A DNA stretch of 51,804 nt from Verrucomicrobia bacterium ADurb.Bin122. GTDB taxonomy: Bacteria; Verrucomicrobiota; Verrucomicrobiia; Opitutales; Opitutaceae. The DNA lies in NCBI GenBank assembly GCA_002070825.1, contig MWDT01000001.1, positions 1 through 51,804 on the forward strand, written 5' to 3'. Shown in pieces: positions 1 through 12,374 of the stretch (position 1 is its first letter; the number at the start of each line of letters is the position of its first letter). A program made the translations under genes and the position numbers. Under the pieces are notes generated by a model. It saw only the letters and a list, made by a program, of their open reading frames with translations, was not told the origin of the DNA and made no database searches.

Positions 1-1
1 C

Positions 2-163
2 CAGCTCGCCCCGCCGGTCAAAATGTCCCTCGAACGCGCGATCGAATACATCGCCCCCGATGAATACGTCGAAGCGACGCCCAAGACACTCCGACTCCGC
101 AAAAAGATCCTGAGTCAACTGGAGCGCCGGAAAGCCGAGCGCGCCGAACGCAAGGCCGACTGA
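2..163 (+). CDS. typA: 3' end of translational GTPase TypA/BipA (partial, 5' end outside window)
   Basis: The frame is open from the window edge to TGA at 161-163. The tail ...MSLERAIEYIAPDEYVEATPKTLRLRKKILSQLERRKAERAERKAD resembles the conserved BipA C-terminus (E. coli ...LEQALEFIDDDELVEVTPTSIRIRKR...). Confidence 0.7.
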   Translation, partial: QLAPPVKMSLERAIEYIAPDEYVEATPKTLRLRKKILSQLERRKAERAERKAD

Positions 164-188
164 TCCCACTACCGGCAACGACAAAAAA

Positions 189-214
189 GCCGCCCATTCA
201 AGGGCGGTTTTTTT
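189..214. terminator. Bidirectional rho-independent terminator between typA and the TolB-like gene
   Basis: GCCGCCC-attcaa-GGGCGGT hairpin flanked by an A-run (183-188) and a T-run (208-214). Confidence 0.7.
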
Positions 215-228
215 GCGACCGGAAAAAA

Positions 229-1416
229 TCAAGGCCCGTAGACCGAAGCCTGCAGCGCGGTCCCCAGCGACGCAGGGGAGACCGCCGTGCTCCGCCCCGT
301 CTCCGTGTCCAGAATGCAGATCCGGCTCTCGCGGGCATTGCGGGCCGAATAAATCAAATGCCGGCCGTCCGCGAGCCACGAGGGCTCGACCGCGTCAAAC
401 GACGCCTTGGAAACACGACCGCCCGTACGCGTCGCCAAGTCCAGCACGCCGATCTGGAAATTGCGCCCCTCGCGCATCGTAAAGGCGATCTTGTTGGGGT
501 TGCCACGGCTCCAATCCGGCTCCGCACAGTACCCGCTGATCCCACTGGTCACGCGCATCGGAGCGCCACCGCCCACCGACATCACGTAGAGCTGGGGTCC
601 GGGTTCGCATGCGTACACGAGCCGCGTGCCATCAGGCGAGAAACAGGGGGAGGATTTCACTGCATCGGAACGGGTGCGCCGCGAGATCATCTTCCCCTGC
701 GCATTGCTGACATAGATTTCGGTGTTGCCCTCCCCACTGAGGGTCATCGCCACCTGCTGTCCGTTCGGGCTGTAGCGTGCCCCACTGTTGGTGCCCTTCA
801 GGCTGACAAAACTGGTCCGCTGAAAGCTCCCCAGATCAATCCGGAAGATATCGGGGAACCCCGATTTGTAGAAACTCGTATAGAGCAGGTATCGGCCATC
901 TGGTGACCAGCGCGGCGTCAACGCGAGCGCGTTGTCATGGGTGATCTGCTTCACCTCGCCAAAGAAGAGATCGCCCACGTACACCTCTTTCTTGCCAGTC
1001 CGTTCGCCGATGAAAGCCACCTTCGACGCGAAAAATCCCTTCAGGCCAAGGCCGTTGGTTTTCTCCACGGCGACATCCGCCGCACGCAGCAACGCATTGC
1101 GAGCGCTCGTGCCGGACACTGTCTGGGAGTGGACCGGGGTCTGCGCCGAGCCCTTTGTGATATCCACGCGCACCTGATTCCCGCCCAATTGCGTAAACTT
1201 GATGTCATACTGGCCCGTGCCTGTCGTGACATTGTAGCGCCCATGCGACTTGAACGCCTGTACTGCGAGTGCATTGAGCTCCGGCGTGTTGGCCGAAACC
1301 CGCACGGACAACATGCTGGCATCGACCTTCACGGTCACGTCCCCCAGGTCGCGCGCCGGAGCCGCAAACGATGCAGCCCCGAGCAAAAAGCAAAAAACGG
1401 CGAGGATTTTTTTCAT
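229..1416 (-). CDS. TolB-like periplasmic beta-propeller protein (PD40 repeats)
   Basis: ORF 229..1578 trimmed to the ATG at 1416, giving the signal peptide MKKILAVFCFLLGAASFAAPA. Repeated PD40-type motifs are present: SPDGRYLLYTS, SPNGQQVAM, SPDGTRLVY, LADGRHLIYS. Confidence 0.7.
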   Translation of the reverse strand: MKKILAVFCFLLGAASFAAPARDLGDVTVKVDASMLSVRVSANTPELNALAVQAFKSHGRYNVTTGTGQYDIKFTQLGGNQVRVDITKGSAQTPVHSQTVSGTSARNALLRAADVAVEKTNGLGLKGFFASKVAFIGERTGKKEVYVGDLFFGEVKQITHDNALALTPRWSPDGRYLLYTSFYKSGFPDIFRIDLGSFQRTSFVSLKGTNSGARYSPNGQQVAMTLSGEGNTEIYVSNAQGKMISRRTRSDAVKSSPCFSPDGTRLVYACEPGPQLYVMSVGGGAPMRVTSGISGYCAEPDWSRGNPNKIAFTMREGRNFQIGVLDLATRTGGRVSKASFDAVEPSWLADGRHLIYSARNARESRICILDTETGRSTAVSPASLGTALQASVYGP

Positions 1417-1513
1417 AGGCAAAGAGGTCTGAAACAAAGGGGCTTTTCTATTTACTCTCGCTGTCCCCATAACAACGTAAATCTCCACTTGGATCGCAAA
1501 ACCCAACCACGCT

Positions 1514-2578
1514 GTGACCTCCGACGACATCAAAGAACAACTCAAGAAAATCAAGTATCCCGGGTTCAGCAGGGACATCGTTTCCTTCGGGCTCGTTCAG
1601 GAGACCAGTTTCAGCAACGGCACGGCACGCGTTGCCCTGCAAATCACGTCCACGGATCCGCATGTCGCCGGCTTTCTCCGCCAGGAAATCGACAAGTGCC
1701 TGCGAGCCATCCCTACGGTTACCGCGACGGCCATCGACATTGAGGTGAAGAAAACGGTGGCGGCCGCCCCCACGCCGAACGCCCAGCACAATATCCGGCA
1801 GGCCATCGCAATCGCGTCCGGCAAGGGTGGTGTCGGCAAGAGCACCTTCTCGGTCAATCTAGCCTGCGCTCTCGCACAGCACCTCACGAATGAGGGCAAA
1901 CCGGGCCGTGTCGGCCTGATGGATTGCGACATCTATGGCCCGAGCGTGCCATTGATGATGGGTATCCAGGATCGCCCCTATGTCGAAGGCGAAGGCCCGG
2001 ACGCCAAGATCATCCCAATTGAACGTTACGGGGTGAAGGTCATGAGCATGGGATTTCTGATCGATGAAAACACGCCGGTCATCTGGCGCGGCCCCATGAT
2101 CATGAAAACGATCCAGCAGTTCGTGCAAAATGTGAAGTGGGGCGACCTCGACATCCTGCTCGTCGACCTGCCGCCCGGCACTGGAGATGCCCAGCTCTCG
2201 CTGGTCCAAACCCTGCCGCTCAATGGGGTCATACTCGTGACAACGCCTCAACAGGCGGCGGCCAGCATCGCGAGAAAAGGCGGGCTGATGTTCCAAAAGG
2301 TCAATGTGCCCATCACTGGCGTGGCCGAGAACATGAGTTACTTCATTGATCCGTCCGGCCAGAAACATCGTATTTTTGGAGAAGGCGGCGGCCGCACTGT
2401 CGCCGAACAACTCGGCACCCAATTTCTCGGCGAAGTTCCCCTCGTCCCGGAAATCCGGGAAGGCGGCGATCAAGGTAAGCCTGTCGTGATCAGCGATCCG
2501 AAAGGCGCCATCGCCCAGTCATTCCAGGCCATCGCACGCTCGGTGCTTTCTGAGGCCCGTCCCCCCAGTGCCGGGTGA
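1514..2578 (+). CDS. apbC: Mrp/ApbC/NBP35-family Fe-S cluster carrier ATPase
   Basis: GTG start. Deviant Walker A ASGKGGVGKSTFSVNLA, CDIYGPS, and LVDLPPGTGD switch motifs. Confidence 0.85.
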   Translation: MTSDDIKEQLKKIKYPGFSRDIVSFGLVQETSFSNGTARVALQITSTDPHVAGFLRQEIDKCLRAIPTVTATAIDIEVKKTVAAAPTPNAQHNIRQAIAIASGKGGVGKSTFSVNLACALAQHLTNEGKPGRVGLMDCDIYGPSVPLMMGIQDRPYVEGEGPDAKIIPIERYGVKVMSMGFLIDENTPVIWRGPMIMKTIQQFVQNVKWGDLDILLVDLPPGTGDAQLSLVQTLPLNGVILVTTPQQAAASIARKGGLMFQKVNVPITGVAENMSYFIDPSGQKHRIFGEGGGRTVAEQLGTQFLGEVPLVPEIREGGDQGKPVVISDPKGAIAQSFQAIARSVLSEARPPSAG

Positions 2579-2648
2579 ATTTTGTCGAATGCGGACATTG
2601 ACACCCGCCGATCCCTCTTTCTTTCTACAAGTACTGCGGCAACCGAGA

Positions 2649-2936
2649 ATGAGTTTCTCCTCGAAAGACACCGAGACCTCACGCGATTTCGTTAAGCAAT
2701 CGAGCCTCTACCAAGAGTTTCTAGCTGAACGAGAAGAAATTCTTCGTCACAAATGGCTGGAGTCTGAACGGCTCGGCTACGATATCGGTTTCGAGCGCGC
2801 CCTACTTGATTGGATCCGCAAACATCGTGAAGGCTGGCGTGCTGCCCGCCGGGTGCAAACTGGAGCCGCCAATCAGTCCAACAAGCCTCTTGCTTCGTCT
2901 GGGAAAGCCGCGGACACCTCGCCCAAATCCGCATAG
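2649..2936 (+). CDS. Small hypothetical protein
   Basis: ATG at 2649 within ORF 2568..2936. Contains the segment EILRHKWLESERLGYDIGFERALLDWIRKH, which looks like a conserved small-domain motif that I cannot name with certainty. Confidence 0.45.
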   Translation: MSFSSKDTETSRDFVKQSSLYQEFLAEREEILRHKWLESERLGYDIGFERALLDWIRKHREGWRAARRVQTGAANQSNKPLASSGKAADTSPKSA

Positions 2937-3000
2937 TCAAATCGGTGGGTGATGGAGTCGAGTGCCCCGGTGGCCCGTTGCTCTCCTTGGGCCAATAAAA

Positions 3001-3024
3001 AAAGCCGGGCTTGAGCCCGGCTTT
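3001..3024. terminator. Bidirectional terminator (strong in the rpmG direction)
   Basis: AAAGCCGGGC-ttga-GCCCGGCTTT hairpin. The A-run at 2995-3003 gives a U-tract on the minus strand. Confidence 0.7.
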
Positions 3025-3046
3025 CGAAAGAAAAGAGGAAGACGTC

Positions 3047-3211
3047 TTACTTGATCTCCTTGTGGAGCGTATGGCGCTTCAAGAAGGGGTTGTACTTCTT
3101 TTTCTCAATGCGCTCAGTGACGGTCTTTTTATTGCGCTTGGTGAGATAGCGCGAAACCGGTTTGCCCTCCTTGCGGGCTTCAGTGCACTCCAAAATGACT
3201 TGTTCTTGCAT
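3047..3211 (-). CDS. rpmG: 50S ribosomal protein L33
   Basis: Internal ATG at 3211 of ORF 3047..3271. The 54-aa product [54 protein letters not shown] fits the L33 pattern (Y.T.KNK...E..E.KKY.P....H..HKE.K). Confidence 0.85.
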   Translation of the reverse strand: MQEQVILECTEARKEGKPVSRYLTKRNKKTVTERIEKKKYNPFLKRHTLHKEIK

Positions 3212-3277
3212 GGTCGGAAAAGGTTGAAGGGGCCGAGAACAAAGCACCCCGACCGCCAAGCGCAACAGCAAAAAACA

Positions 3278-4984
3278 TCAAAGATCGGGCGGCACTGTGC
3301 CGAGCGCCTCCTCAATCGAGGAAAGCCCGTCGCGCACCTTGATCATCGAGTCTTGATGCAGCGTTTTCATCCCCCCTCTTACCGCGATTTTCTTCAGCTC
3401 GGCAGTTTCCAGCTTCTTATTGATACCCTCGACGAGCTCCTCGTTAGTAATCATCAGTTCATGAATACCAACACGTCCCTTATAACCACCGCTATTACAC
3501 TTTGGGCAACCATGTGGATTGCGTTTATAGATGGGGCCGCTCCACCCGATCGCCGTTTGCAGCAACTCCTGCTCTCGCCCCTTGGGCTCGTAGGAGACAC
3601 GGCATTGCTTGCATATACGCCGCATAAGACGCTGCGCACAAACACATAGCAACGACGAAGAAATCATGAAGGGTTCAATCCCCATATCAGTCAGACGTGC
3701 GACCGTCGATGGGGCATCGTTCGTATGCAGGGTGGAGATAAGTAAGTGACCGGTGAGCGCGGCCTCGACCGCGATCTCCGCCGTTTCCTGATCTCGGATT
3801 TCGCCCACGAGAATGATGTCAGGATCTTGGCGGAGGAAGGCTCGCAGGGCACTCGCAAAAGTGAGCCCGATCTGGCGATGCATCTGCATCTGATTAATAC
3901 CCGCCAGCGTATATTCGATAGGATCCTCTGCGGTACGTATGACGAGTTCAGGGCTATTGATCTCGTTCAGCGCCGAATAAAGCGTCATCGATTTACCGGA
4001 GCCAGTCGGGCCGCAATGGAGCACCATGCCATAGGGCTGGGTGATCACATTACGATACTTCGCCAAGTTCTCTTCAGTAAAACCAAGTGCGGGGAGCGGC
4101 AACGTACTCTTCTGTTTATCGAGAATACGCATGACGACGCCTTCACCATGGTTCAGCGGCGCCGTCGAGACACGCAAATCGATATCCAGGCTCTTTTTGG
4201 TGAAGTTCTTAAATACAATACGACCATCCTGCGGCAAACGGCGCTCGGCAATGTCGAGATTGCACATGATCTTGAGACGCGCCACCAAGGACGGTCCCAC
4301 CTTCGCCGGTAAACGCAGCTTCTCCTGACAGACACCGTCGATGCGGTAGCGAACGATGACCTCCTTTTCCCAAGGCTCTATATGAATATCGGAGGTGCCT
4401 GCATAATGCGCTTCCTCGATGATTCGATTCGCCAGTTGGATAATCGGACCCGACTCCTCAGAGACCTCGTCATCCTTAAATTCCGTCTCACTCTCGGCAT
4501 ACTCCATGCCGATCTGCTGCACGACCTCCGAAAAGTCGACGGAGGTCTCGACGCCTTTATTGAGCTTGTCCCGGAGATCCTTTTCACGGGCGAGTTGGCG
4601 CACAACGCGCAATCCCGTCATCTCCTGAATCTTCGCCGGCACACTCAAGTCGAATGGATTGGCGAACGCGACGATCAACAACTCACCGACCTGGCCAACG
4701 GGGAGTATCAGGTTTTCCTGACAGAACTCCTGAGCGAGACGCTCGAAGGTCGTCGGCACCAACCGATAGTGTGCGACATTGCACGGGGCCAAGCCGAAGG
4801 CACGGGCCTTGGCCGCCAAAAGGTGAAACGAACTCACCTTGAACTCGTCCTGCAACAGACGGTCCAAGGCCTCGCCACTAAACTCGTCAGGACGCCCCGC
4901 AATGTCGTCACGCTGGGCCTCTGTCAGGCGCCCGAGTTCGACGAGCTTCGCTACGATCTGTGTCTGGATTTTACCTAGAGGCAT
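3278..4984 (-). CDS. Type IV pilus / type II secretion assembly ATPase (PilB/GspE family)
   Basis: Walker A GPTGSGKS, a GspE-type N-terminal domain, and the C-terminal tetracysteine CKQC...CPKC. Confidence 0.85.
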   Translation of the reverse strand: MPLGKIQTQIVAKLVELGRLTEAQRDDIAGRPDEFSGEALDRLLQDEFKVSSFHLLAAKARAFGLAPCNVAHYRLVPTTFERLAQEFCQENLILPVGQVGELLIVAFANPFDLSVPAKIQEMTGLRVVRQLAREKDLRDKLNKGVETSVDFSEVVQQIGMEYAESETEFKDDEVSEESGPIIQLANRIIEEAHYAGTSDIHIEPWEKEVIVRYRIDGVCQEKLRLPAKVGPSLVARLKIMCNLDIAERRLPQDGRIVFKNFTKKSLDIDLRVSTAPLNHGEGVVMRILDKQKSTLPLPALGFTEENLAKYRNVITQPYGMVLHCGPTGSGKSMTLYSALNEINSPELVIRTAEDPIEYTLAGINQMQMHRQIGLTFASALRAFLRQDPDIILVGEIRDQETAEIAVEAALTGHLLISTLHTNDAPSTVARLTDMGIEPFMISSSLLCVCAQRLMRRICKQCRVSYEPKGREQELLQTAIGWSGPIYKRNPHGCPKCNSGGYKGRVGIHELMITNEELVEGINKKLETAELKKIAVRGGMKTLHQDSMIKVRDGLSSIEEALGTVPPDL

Positions 4985-4988
4985 GGCG

Positions 4989-5507
4989 TTAGGCGGAGGC
5001 TGCTGCGACGGCGCTGGCGCGACGCTCCTTATCGAGCTTCTCCAGATACTCCGCTATGATATTAAGGGTCGTTCCGTACCAGATGATCGCCGTCGTCCCG
5101 AGTTGTTTTTCCCAGTAGCTGCGCACCGCAGGGCTGAGGTAATAGGCCGTGGCGATAAAGGTGATTCCCTCCTCTTTGTCGTAGGGAACCGACCAGGTGG
5201 CCCACGCCGCCCCCAAATCCGTCGCCTTGCGACAATCATCATTGATCTCGTACGTGCGCAAATCGACCAGTCCGAGACTTTCCGTGTCCGCGAGGTGGAG
5301 CAGCACATCCTCCTCCCGGAGGACCTTGAGCTCATACGCCAGGATGCCCAATACCGTCGACTGGCGAATCTGCTCGGCACCGAGCAACTCGAGCAAACGC
5401 TCATTGGCGCGCTCGAGATCCTCAATCTTCACGAAATTGTGCTCGACCAAGGCGGCGCCCAGAAGCCGGTTGGCTCGCATGATGATGGGGCGGAATTCAG
5501 AAATCAT
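4989..5507 (-). CDS. Stand-alone GspE N-terminal (MshEN-like) domain protein
   Basis: 172 aa. The segment [25 protein letters not shown]...[31 protein letters not shown] resembles the T2SS-E N-terminal domain. Its stop lies 4 nt upstream of the PilB-like start. Confidence 0.5.
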   Translation of the reverse strand: MISEFRPIIMRANRLLGAALVEHNFVKIEDLERANERLLELLGAEQIRQSTVLGILAYELKVLREEDVLLHLADTESLGLVDLRTYEINDDCRKATDLGAAWATWSVPYDKEEGITFIATAYYLSPAVRSYWEKQLGTTAIIWYGTTLNIIAEYLEKLDKERRASAVAAASA

Positions 5508-5622
5508 CGGAGGATCTCGGGGTGGAATATGCTCGGCGCGCAGCCCAGTTACCTATGAAGGTCGGCGTGGCCCCGTGGGGAGATACCAAAGCGCCCCCAG
5601 TGGAGGCGCAAGAGGCAAATCT

Positions 5623-7870
<2,248 letters not shown>

Positions 7871-7919
7871 AGGGGTGTAGGGTTGAAAACGCACACGCCG
7901 AAGGGCCACTCGCCGACAG

Positions 7920-9230
7920 CTAAAGAATCACTTTTATGCCCTTCCGCAGATAGGTCGGCACATCAAGATCCTGCCCGTCATACAAATTACGATCTGTGTG
8001 CTCAAAGTAACCACGCGCATCCACATCATCGAACAAGAACTCGTTCTGCTCGACGGGCTCCTTGGAGCCCTCCGGGCTCGGCTCGCCTGCCGCTTCCTTT
8101 TTATCGCGTCCCGAGGGGACCGGCGCAACAGCCTGATCGAGGGCCGGAGCCGGACTCGCTGGGACCTGCGCAGGCTCCGGTATTCTGGGCTGAGGCACGC
8201 GCGCCCTTGCCGCCGGAGAAACAGCCCGCCGACCAGCAACGGCCCGACCGGCATCGGTCGTGCCAAGCACGCACACCTCCACGCCCCCCTGCAGCTGCTC
8301 ATCAATGACGGCCCCCATGACCACATGGGAGTCCTTCCCAAACTGCTCGCTCACCGCCTGCATCAGCTCATTGACCTTCGGGAGGCTGAGATCCGTGCCC
8401 CCAGTGATGTTGACCAACAATCGGTCCGCACGACGGGCAAACTCCGGAGTCGCCAGCAACGGGCACATTTTCAGACTGCGGATGGCCTCGGCCACCGCAT
8501 CCGCCCCCTGCCCGCGTCCAAGACCAAAGAGGGTCTTGCCGCCACGCGTCTGAAAGGCCTGTCGCAGCGTCGCAAAATCCAAGTTGATCAACCCGGTGCG
8601 GAACAACATGGCCCATATCGACTTTACACCACGGCCGATCCACTCGTCCGCGCGCGCAAACGAATCGAGCACCGACTCATTGTCCGCCCCCTCCTGCATC
8701 AACACATCGTTCGGGAGCGGGATGACCGCATCGCATACACGGCGCAGGGCATTCAGCCCTTCTTCCGCCTGCTTGAGCCGGCGCCCGCCCTCAAAACTGA
8801 AGGGCATCGTGACAAATGCGATAACCAGAGCCCCCTGGTCTGCCGCAGCCTCGGCCACGACCGGAGCCGCACCGCTCCCCGTGCCACCGCCCATACCCGC
8901 CACCAGAAAGACAAGATCCTGGTCCTTGACGGCCGCGGCGATCTTCTCGCGGTCGGCCTCCGCAGCATCGCGCCCCAGTTCGGGATCGCCGCCTGCACCC
9001 AGCCCGCGTGTGATTCCGGAACCGATCAGGAGTTTCTCCTGTACCGGTGAGGAGGACAGCGCCTGGAAGTCCGTGTTGATCACGGCAAGCTGGATACGGT
9101 CGAGATTGTCCATCTTCAGACGGTCGACCGCGTTGGAACCTCCCCCGCCCACCCCCACCAGTTTGATCGCGATATCGCGATCCGTGAGGATGTGGTGATC
9201 GAGAGGCAGCTCGGGATTCTGTTGGCTCAT
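7920..9230 (-). CDS. ftsZ: Cell division protein FtsZ
   Basis: GVGGGGSNAV, tubulin signature GGGTGSGAAP, and the C-terminal peptide DLDVPTYLRKGIKV. ATG at 9230; the ORF track's 9239 start is a TTG. Confidence 0.95.
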   Translation of the reverse strand: MSQQNPELPLDHHILTDRDIAIKLVGVGGGGSNAVDRLKMDNLDRIQLAVINTDFQALSSSPVQEKLLIGSGITRGLGAGGDPELGRDAAEADREKIAAAVKDQDLVFLVAGMGGGTGSGAAPVVAEAAADQGALVIAFVTMPFSFEGGRRLKQAEEGLNALRRVCDAVIPLPNDVLMQEGADNESVLDSFARADEWIGRGVKSIWAMLFRTGLINLDFATLRQAFQTRGGKTLFGLGRGQGADAVAEAIRSLKMCPLLATPEFARRADRLLVNITGGTDLSLPKVNELMQAVSEQFGKDSHVVMGAVIDEQLQGGVEVCVLGTTDAGRAVAGRRAVSPAARARVPQPRIPEPAQVPASPAPALDQAVAPVPSGRDKKEAAGEPSPEGSKEPVEQNEFLFDDVDARGYFEHTDRNLYDGQDLDVPTYLRKGIKVIL

Positions 9231-9235
9231 GGGAA

Positions 9236-10444
9236 TCAAACTCCGGCAAAAAGCTTTTGAAGGAAACCAGTCTTGCGGCGCGCCGTTGGAGCGGCGCTCT
9301 CGGCCTGCGACGACAAGCCATAGTAAAGCAACCCGAGCGCCGTCGAAAAGCCGGGGTCACGCAGATTCTCGCTCACGTTTGCCGGAGCCTCTCCGACATG
9401 TGCAGGGACGCCAAACACCTTGCTCGCGCACTCTGCGATTCCCGGCAGTTTGGACGTACCGCCCGTCAGCACCACGCCCGACATGCACAGCTCGGGCACG
9501 AAGGTCGTCCCGAGACTCTTCTTCACCACTTCGAAAATCTCCCAGACGCGCGCCGAGGTGATCTGCTCAATCGCATACCGCGGGAACTGCCGGTCGCCTA
9601 TCGCATAATTTCCGTCCAGCCAGACCTTCTCGGCTTTCACGCCCGGCTGCACAATCGCCGAGCCATGCCTGAGCTTGAGTTTCTCGGCCTGTCCCTCCTT
9701 CACGCGCAAACCGATGGCCAGGTCGTTCGTCAGGTGGGCCCCGCCCACAGGCACCACGCCGGTGATGTAGGGGACGCCATCGCGATACAGGACATAGTCC
9801 GTGGTCCCGGCACCAATATCCAGCACCAGTGCGCCGTTCTGGCGATCCTCGGGGCGTGTCACCATGTATCCGGCCGCCAAGCTCGACAAAACGAGCTCCC
9901 GGACCTCCAGATTAAAGCCACGAATCACGTGGATGGTATCGGCCAGGCGGGTCTCCAACCCGTGCACGATCCAGTAACCGACCTCGAGACGTTTGCCGAC
10001 CAGATGCTCGGGACTGCCAGGCACCACTCGATCGTCCACACGGAAAGGCCGCCGGATATTATGTACAACCATCCGGTCCGTCGGCAGCTCCTTCGCGGTG
10101 GCCAGACGGCACACAGTGTCGATGTCCGGCAGGCTCACCATGTTATCCGCCGACTTCACGTTGACGGCGGATTCGCTGTAAAACCCCTTCAGATGCCCCC
10201 CCGTCTGCGCGAGAAAAACATAGTCGATGTTGGCACCAGCGCTTTGCTCCGCCGTCTCCAACGCGCTATGGGTGCATTCGCTAGCCGCCTTGTAGTCCAC
10301 CACGGTGCCCTTGATGACGCCACGCGACTGGCACTCGCCATAGCCAATGATCGAAAGCTCACGACCGGTAAACTCACCGATCAAGGCGGTAATTTTTGAG
10401 GTGCCGATTTCGACGGCGCCGATGATGCGGGTTCGGGATGTCAC
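9236..10444 (-). CDS. ftsA: Cell division protein FtsA
   Basis: Actin-fold ATPase with the DIGAGTTD motif. Located between ftsQ and ftsZ. GTG start. Confidence 0.9.
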   Translation of the reverse strand: MTSRTRIIGAVEIGTSKITALIGEFTGRELSIIGYGECQSRGVIKGTVVDYKAASECTHSALETAEQSAGANIDYVFLAQTGGHLKGFYSESAVNVKSADNMVSLPDIDTVCRLATAKELPTDRMVVHNIRRPFRVDDRVVPGSPEHLVGKRLEVGYWIVHGLETRLADTIHVIRGFNLEVRELVLSSLAAGYMVTRPEDRQNGALVLDIGAGTTDYVLYRDGVPYITGVVPVGGAHLTNDLAIGLRVKEGQAEKLKLRHGSAIVQPGVKAEKVWLDGNYAIGDRQFPRYAIEQITSARVWEIFEVVKKSLGTTFVPELCMSGVVLTGGTSKLPGIAECASKVFGVPAHVGEAPANVSENLRDPGFSTALGLLYYGLSSQAESAAPTARRKTGFLQKLFAGV

Positions 10445-10467
10445 TGGAGAAGAGGGAAAGTGTTGAA

Positions 10468-11451
10468 CTAAAGGTAGGAAATCTTCGGCAACTGCAGCGG
10501 GGCCGCCGCCTGTGGCACCGCGGGGGCAGACGCGCCGGCAGGCACCTCTGTGCCGGCAGGAGCTCCCATCGTCACAGGCACTTCACGACCATGACTCAGA
10601 TCAAGCCGGGGCAGCGGGCTTTCCGGATGCGGCTGCAGCACATCGCGGATGCTGTCGAGCTTGGCCAGCTGTCGGAAAAAATCGTCGCGCGCGGAAAAAA
10701 CCACCTCGGTGATATCCGGCATCCGCACGATCAAGTCGCCATCCGCATCCAGCTTCTCCAGCGATACGATCTTGAAATTCCGATAGAGGTGCTCCGCCTC
10801 GTACTTCGCCTTGCCTAGGAAGTCCGCGACGAGATCCATGCCCACGATCGGTGCAAAGCCACTGCCTGCCCGGACCAGCTTCACTCCGGCCAGCCATGGG
10901 AGCGAGTCGCACAGCTCACGCGCGTATCCCGCGCCCTCATAGGCCACGCCATCCCGGGCGACGAGAAATTCACGCGGAGGCTCGGCGCCAAGCTGCGCCA
11001 TGACACGTGCCACCGGAGCCCGCTCGGTGATGGTGACAACGAGCGTCGAGGGAAACGACTTGGACAGCACCGCAGTCCGCACCTGCCGGTCGGCCAGCAA
11101 CCGCTCCTGAAGTATGCCCAAATCGAGCTCCAGCAGCGTCACCCCTTTAGGCAGGGCAAGCGTGCGCATCAACCATGCCCGGTCGAGCACGCCATCGGTT
11201 TCCAGGACGCACTCACGCAACGACTCCGACTGGGCGACTTGCGCCAGCCTCTGCGGCTTGTTCTCCGCCATGTCCACCAGCGCCACACCTGCCCAGATCA
11301 ACCCGCCCACCACAACCGTGCCCACGATCCACTGCGTCACAGCCCAGGCATGGCGACGACGCCCGGACTTCGACATCGCACGTGGCTTCACCTCCTGGCG
11401 AATGTCTCGCCAGGAACGGGCCACGGGCAAATTGGGGGACGAATCTCTCAT
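10468..11451 (-). CDS. ftsQ: Cell division protein FtsQ-like (POTRA)
   Basis: Single TM segment WIVGTVVVGGLIWAGVALV followed by a periplasmic domain. Canonical position between ddl and ftsA. ATGA overlap with ddl. Confidence 0.7.
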   Translation of the reverse strand: MRDSSPNLPVARSWRDIRQEVKPRAMSKSGRRRHAWAVTQWIVGTVVVGGLIWAGVALVDMAENKPQRLAQVAQSESLRECVLETDGVLDRAWLMRTLALPKGVTLLELDLGILQERLLADRQVRTAVLSKSFPSTLVVTITERAPVARVMAQLGAEPPREFLVARDGVAYEGAGYARELCDSLPWLAGVKLVRAGSGFAPIVGMDLVADFLGKAKYEAEHLYRNFKIVSLEKLDADGDLIVRMPDITEVVFSARDDFFRQLAKLDSIRDVLQPHPESPLPRLDLSHGREVPVTMGAPAGTEVPAGASAPAVPQAAAPLQLPKISYL

Positions 11452-12374
11452 TTATGGGCCGCCGAGAACCGCGCCAGCGCAGGTGCCACCAGCTCACGAA
11501 CCAACGCCGTGAAATCCAGCCCCACGCACCGCGCGCTCATCGGCAACAAGCTGGTGTCCTTCATGCCCGGCAGCGTATTTATTTCGAGGAAAAACGGCTC
11601 GTTTTTGCCAGAAAGCATGAAGTCGATGCGCGCATAGTCCCGGCAGCCGGCCGCCGCAAACGCACGCTCGGCCATCGCCTGCACAAATCGGGTGACCTCA
11701 TCGGGAAGCGGCGCAGGGGCCAGGTACTCCGTCATCCCCTTGGTATATTTGGAGGTATAGTCGTAGAGCCCGGACTTTGGCGCGACCTCCACCACCGCCA
11801 TCGCCTTGCCGCCGAGCACCCCGACCGTCAGCTCACGCCCGAAGACCCGGCGCTCAACCAACCAATCTCCCGCCGGCAGACGCGAGAGCACCTCGCCGAG
11901 CTGGGCCGCAGATTCGATCACGTGCAGCCCGACGCTGCTACCATTGCACGTCGGCTTGAGGATCAACTTTTCTCCCAGCGACGCCACCAGCTCGGCGGCG
12001 TCGGGCATGCGATCCGTGCTGAACTGGTGCCCCTCACACACATTCACGCCTGCGGCTGCGACCGCTTTTTTCGTCCGCTGCTTGTTAAAGCAAACGGCGC
12101 TCCCTTCGGCCGTACAGCCCGCGTACTCGACGCCAGCCGCGTCAAGCAGGCTCTGCATCCCACCATCCTCACCAAAGGTCCCGTGCAGCGTGGAAAACAC
12201 CACGTGCCGCTCCGGATCGAGCCCGGCAGGAAGGGCGTTCTCTGAAATCTCAAACAATCGCGTGGGAAAATTGCGTGCCAGTGCCAGCGCACACGCGCGC
12301 CCGGAGCCGAGGGATACTTCCTTCTCGGCCGAAGTCCCACCGCAGAACACCGCAATGATCGGAGTCGTTTTCAT
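11448..12374 (-). CDS. ddl: D-alanine--D-alanine ligase
   Basis: ATP-grasp protein with N-terminus IAVFCGGTSAEKEVSLGSG and the EINTLPGM motif. Confidence 0.9.
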   Translation of the reverse strand: MKTTPIIAVFCGGTSAEKEVSLGSGRACALALARNFPTRLFEISENALPAGLDPERHVVFSTLHGTFGEDGGMQSLLDAAGVEYAGCTAEGSAVCFNKQRTKKAVAAAGVNVCEGHQFSTDRMPDAAELVASLGEKLILKPTCNGSSVGLHVIESAAQLGEVLSRLPAGDWLVERRVFGRELTVGVLGGKAMAVVEVAPKSGLYDYTSKYTKGMTEYLAPAPLPDEVTRFVQAMAERAFAAAGCRDYARIDFMLSGKNEPFFLEINTLPGMKDTSLLPMSARCVGLDFTALVRELVAPALARFSAAHK

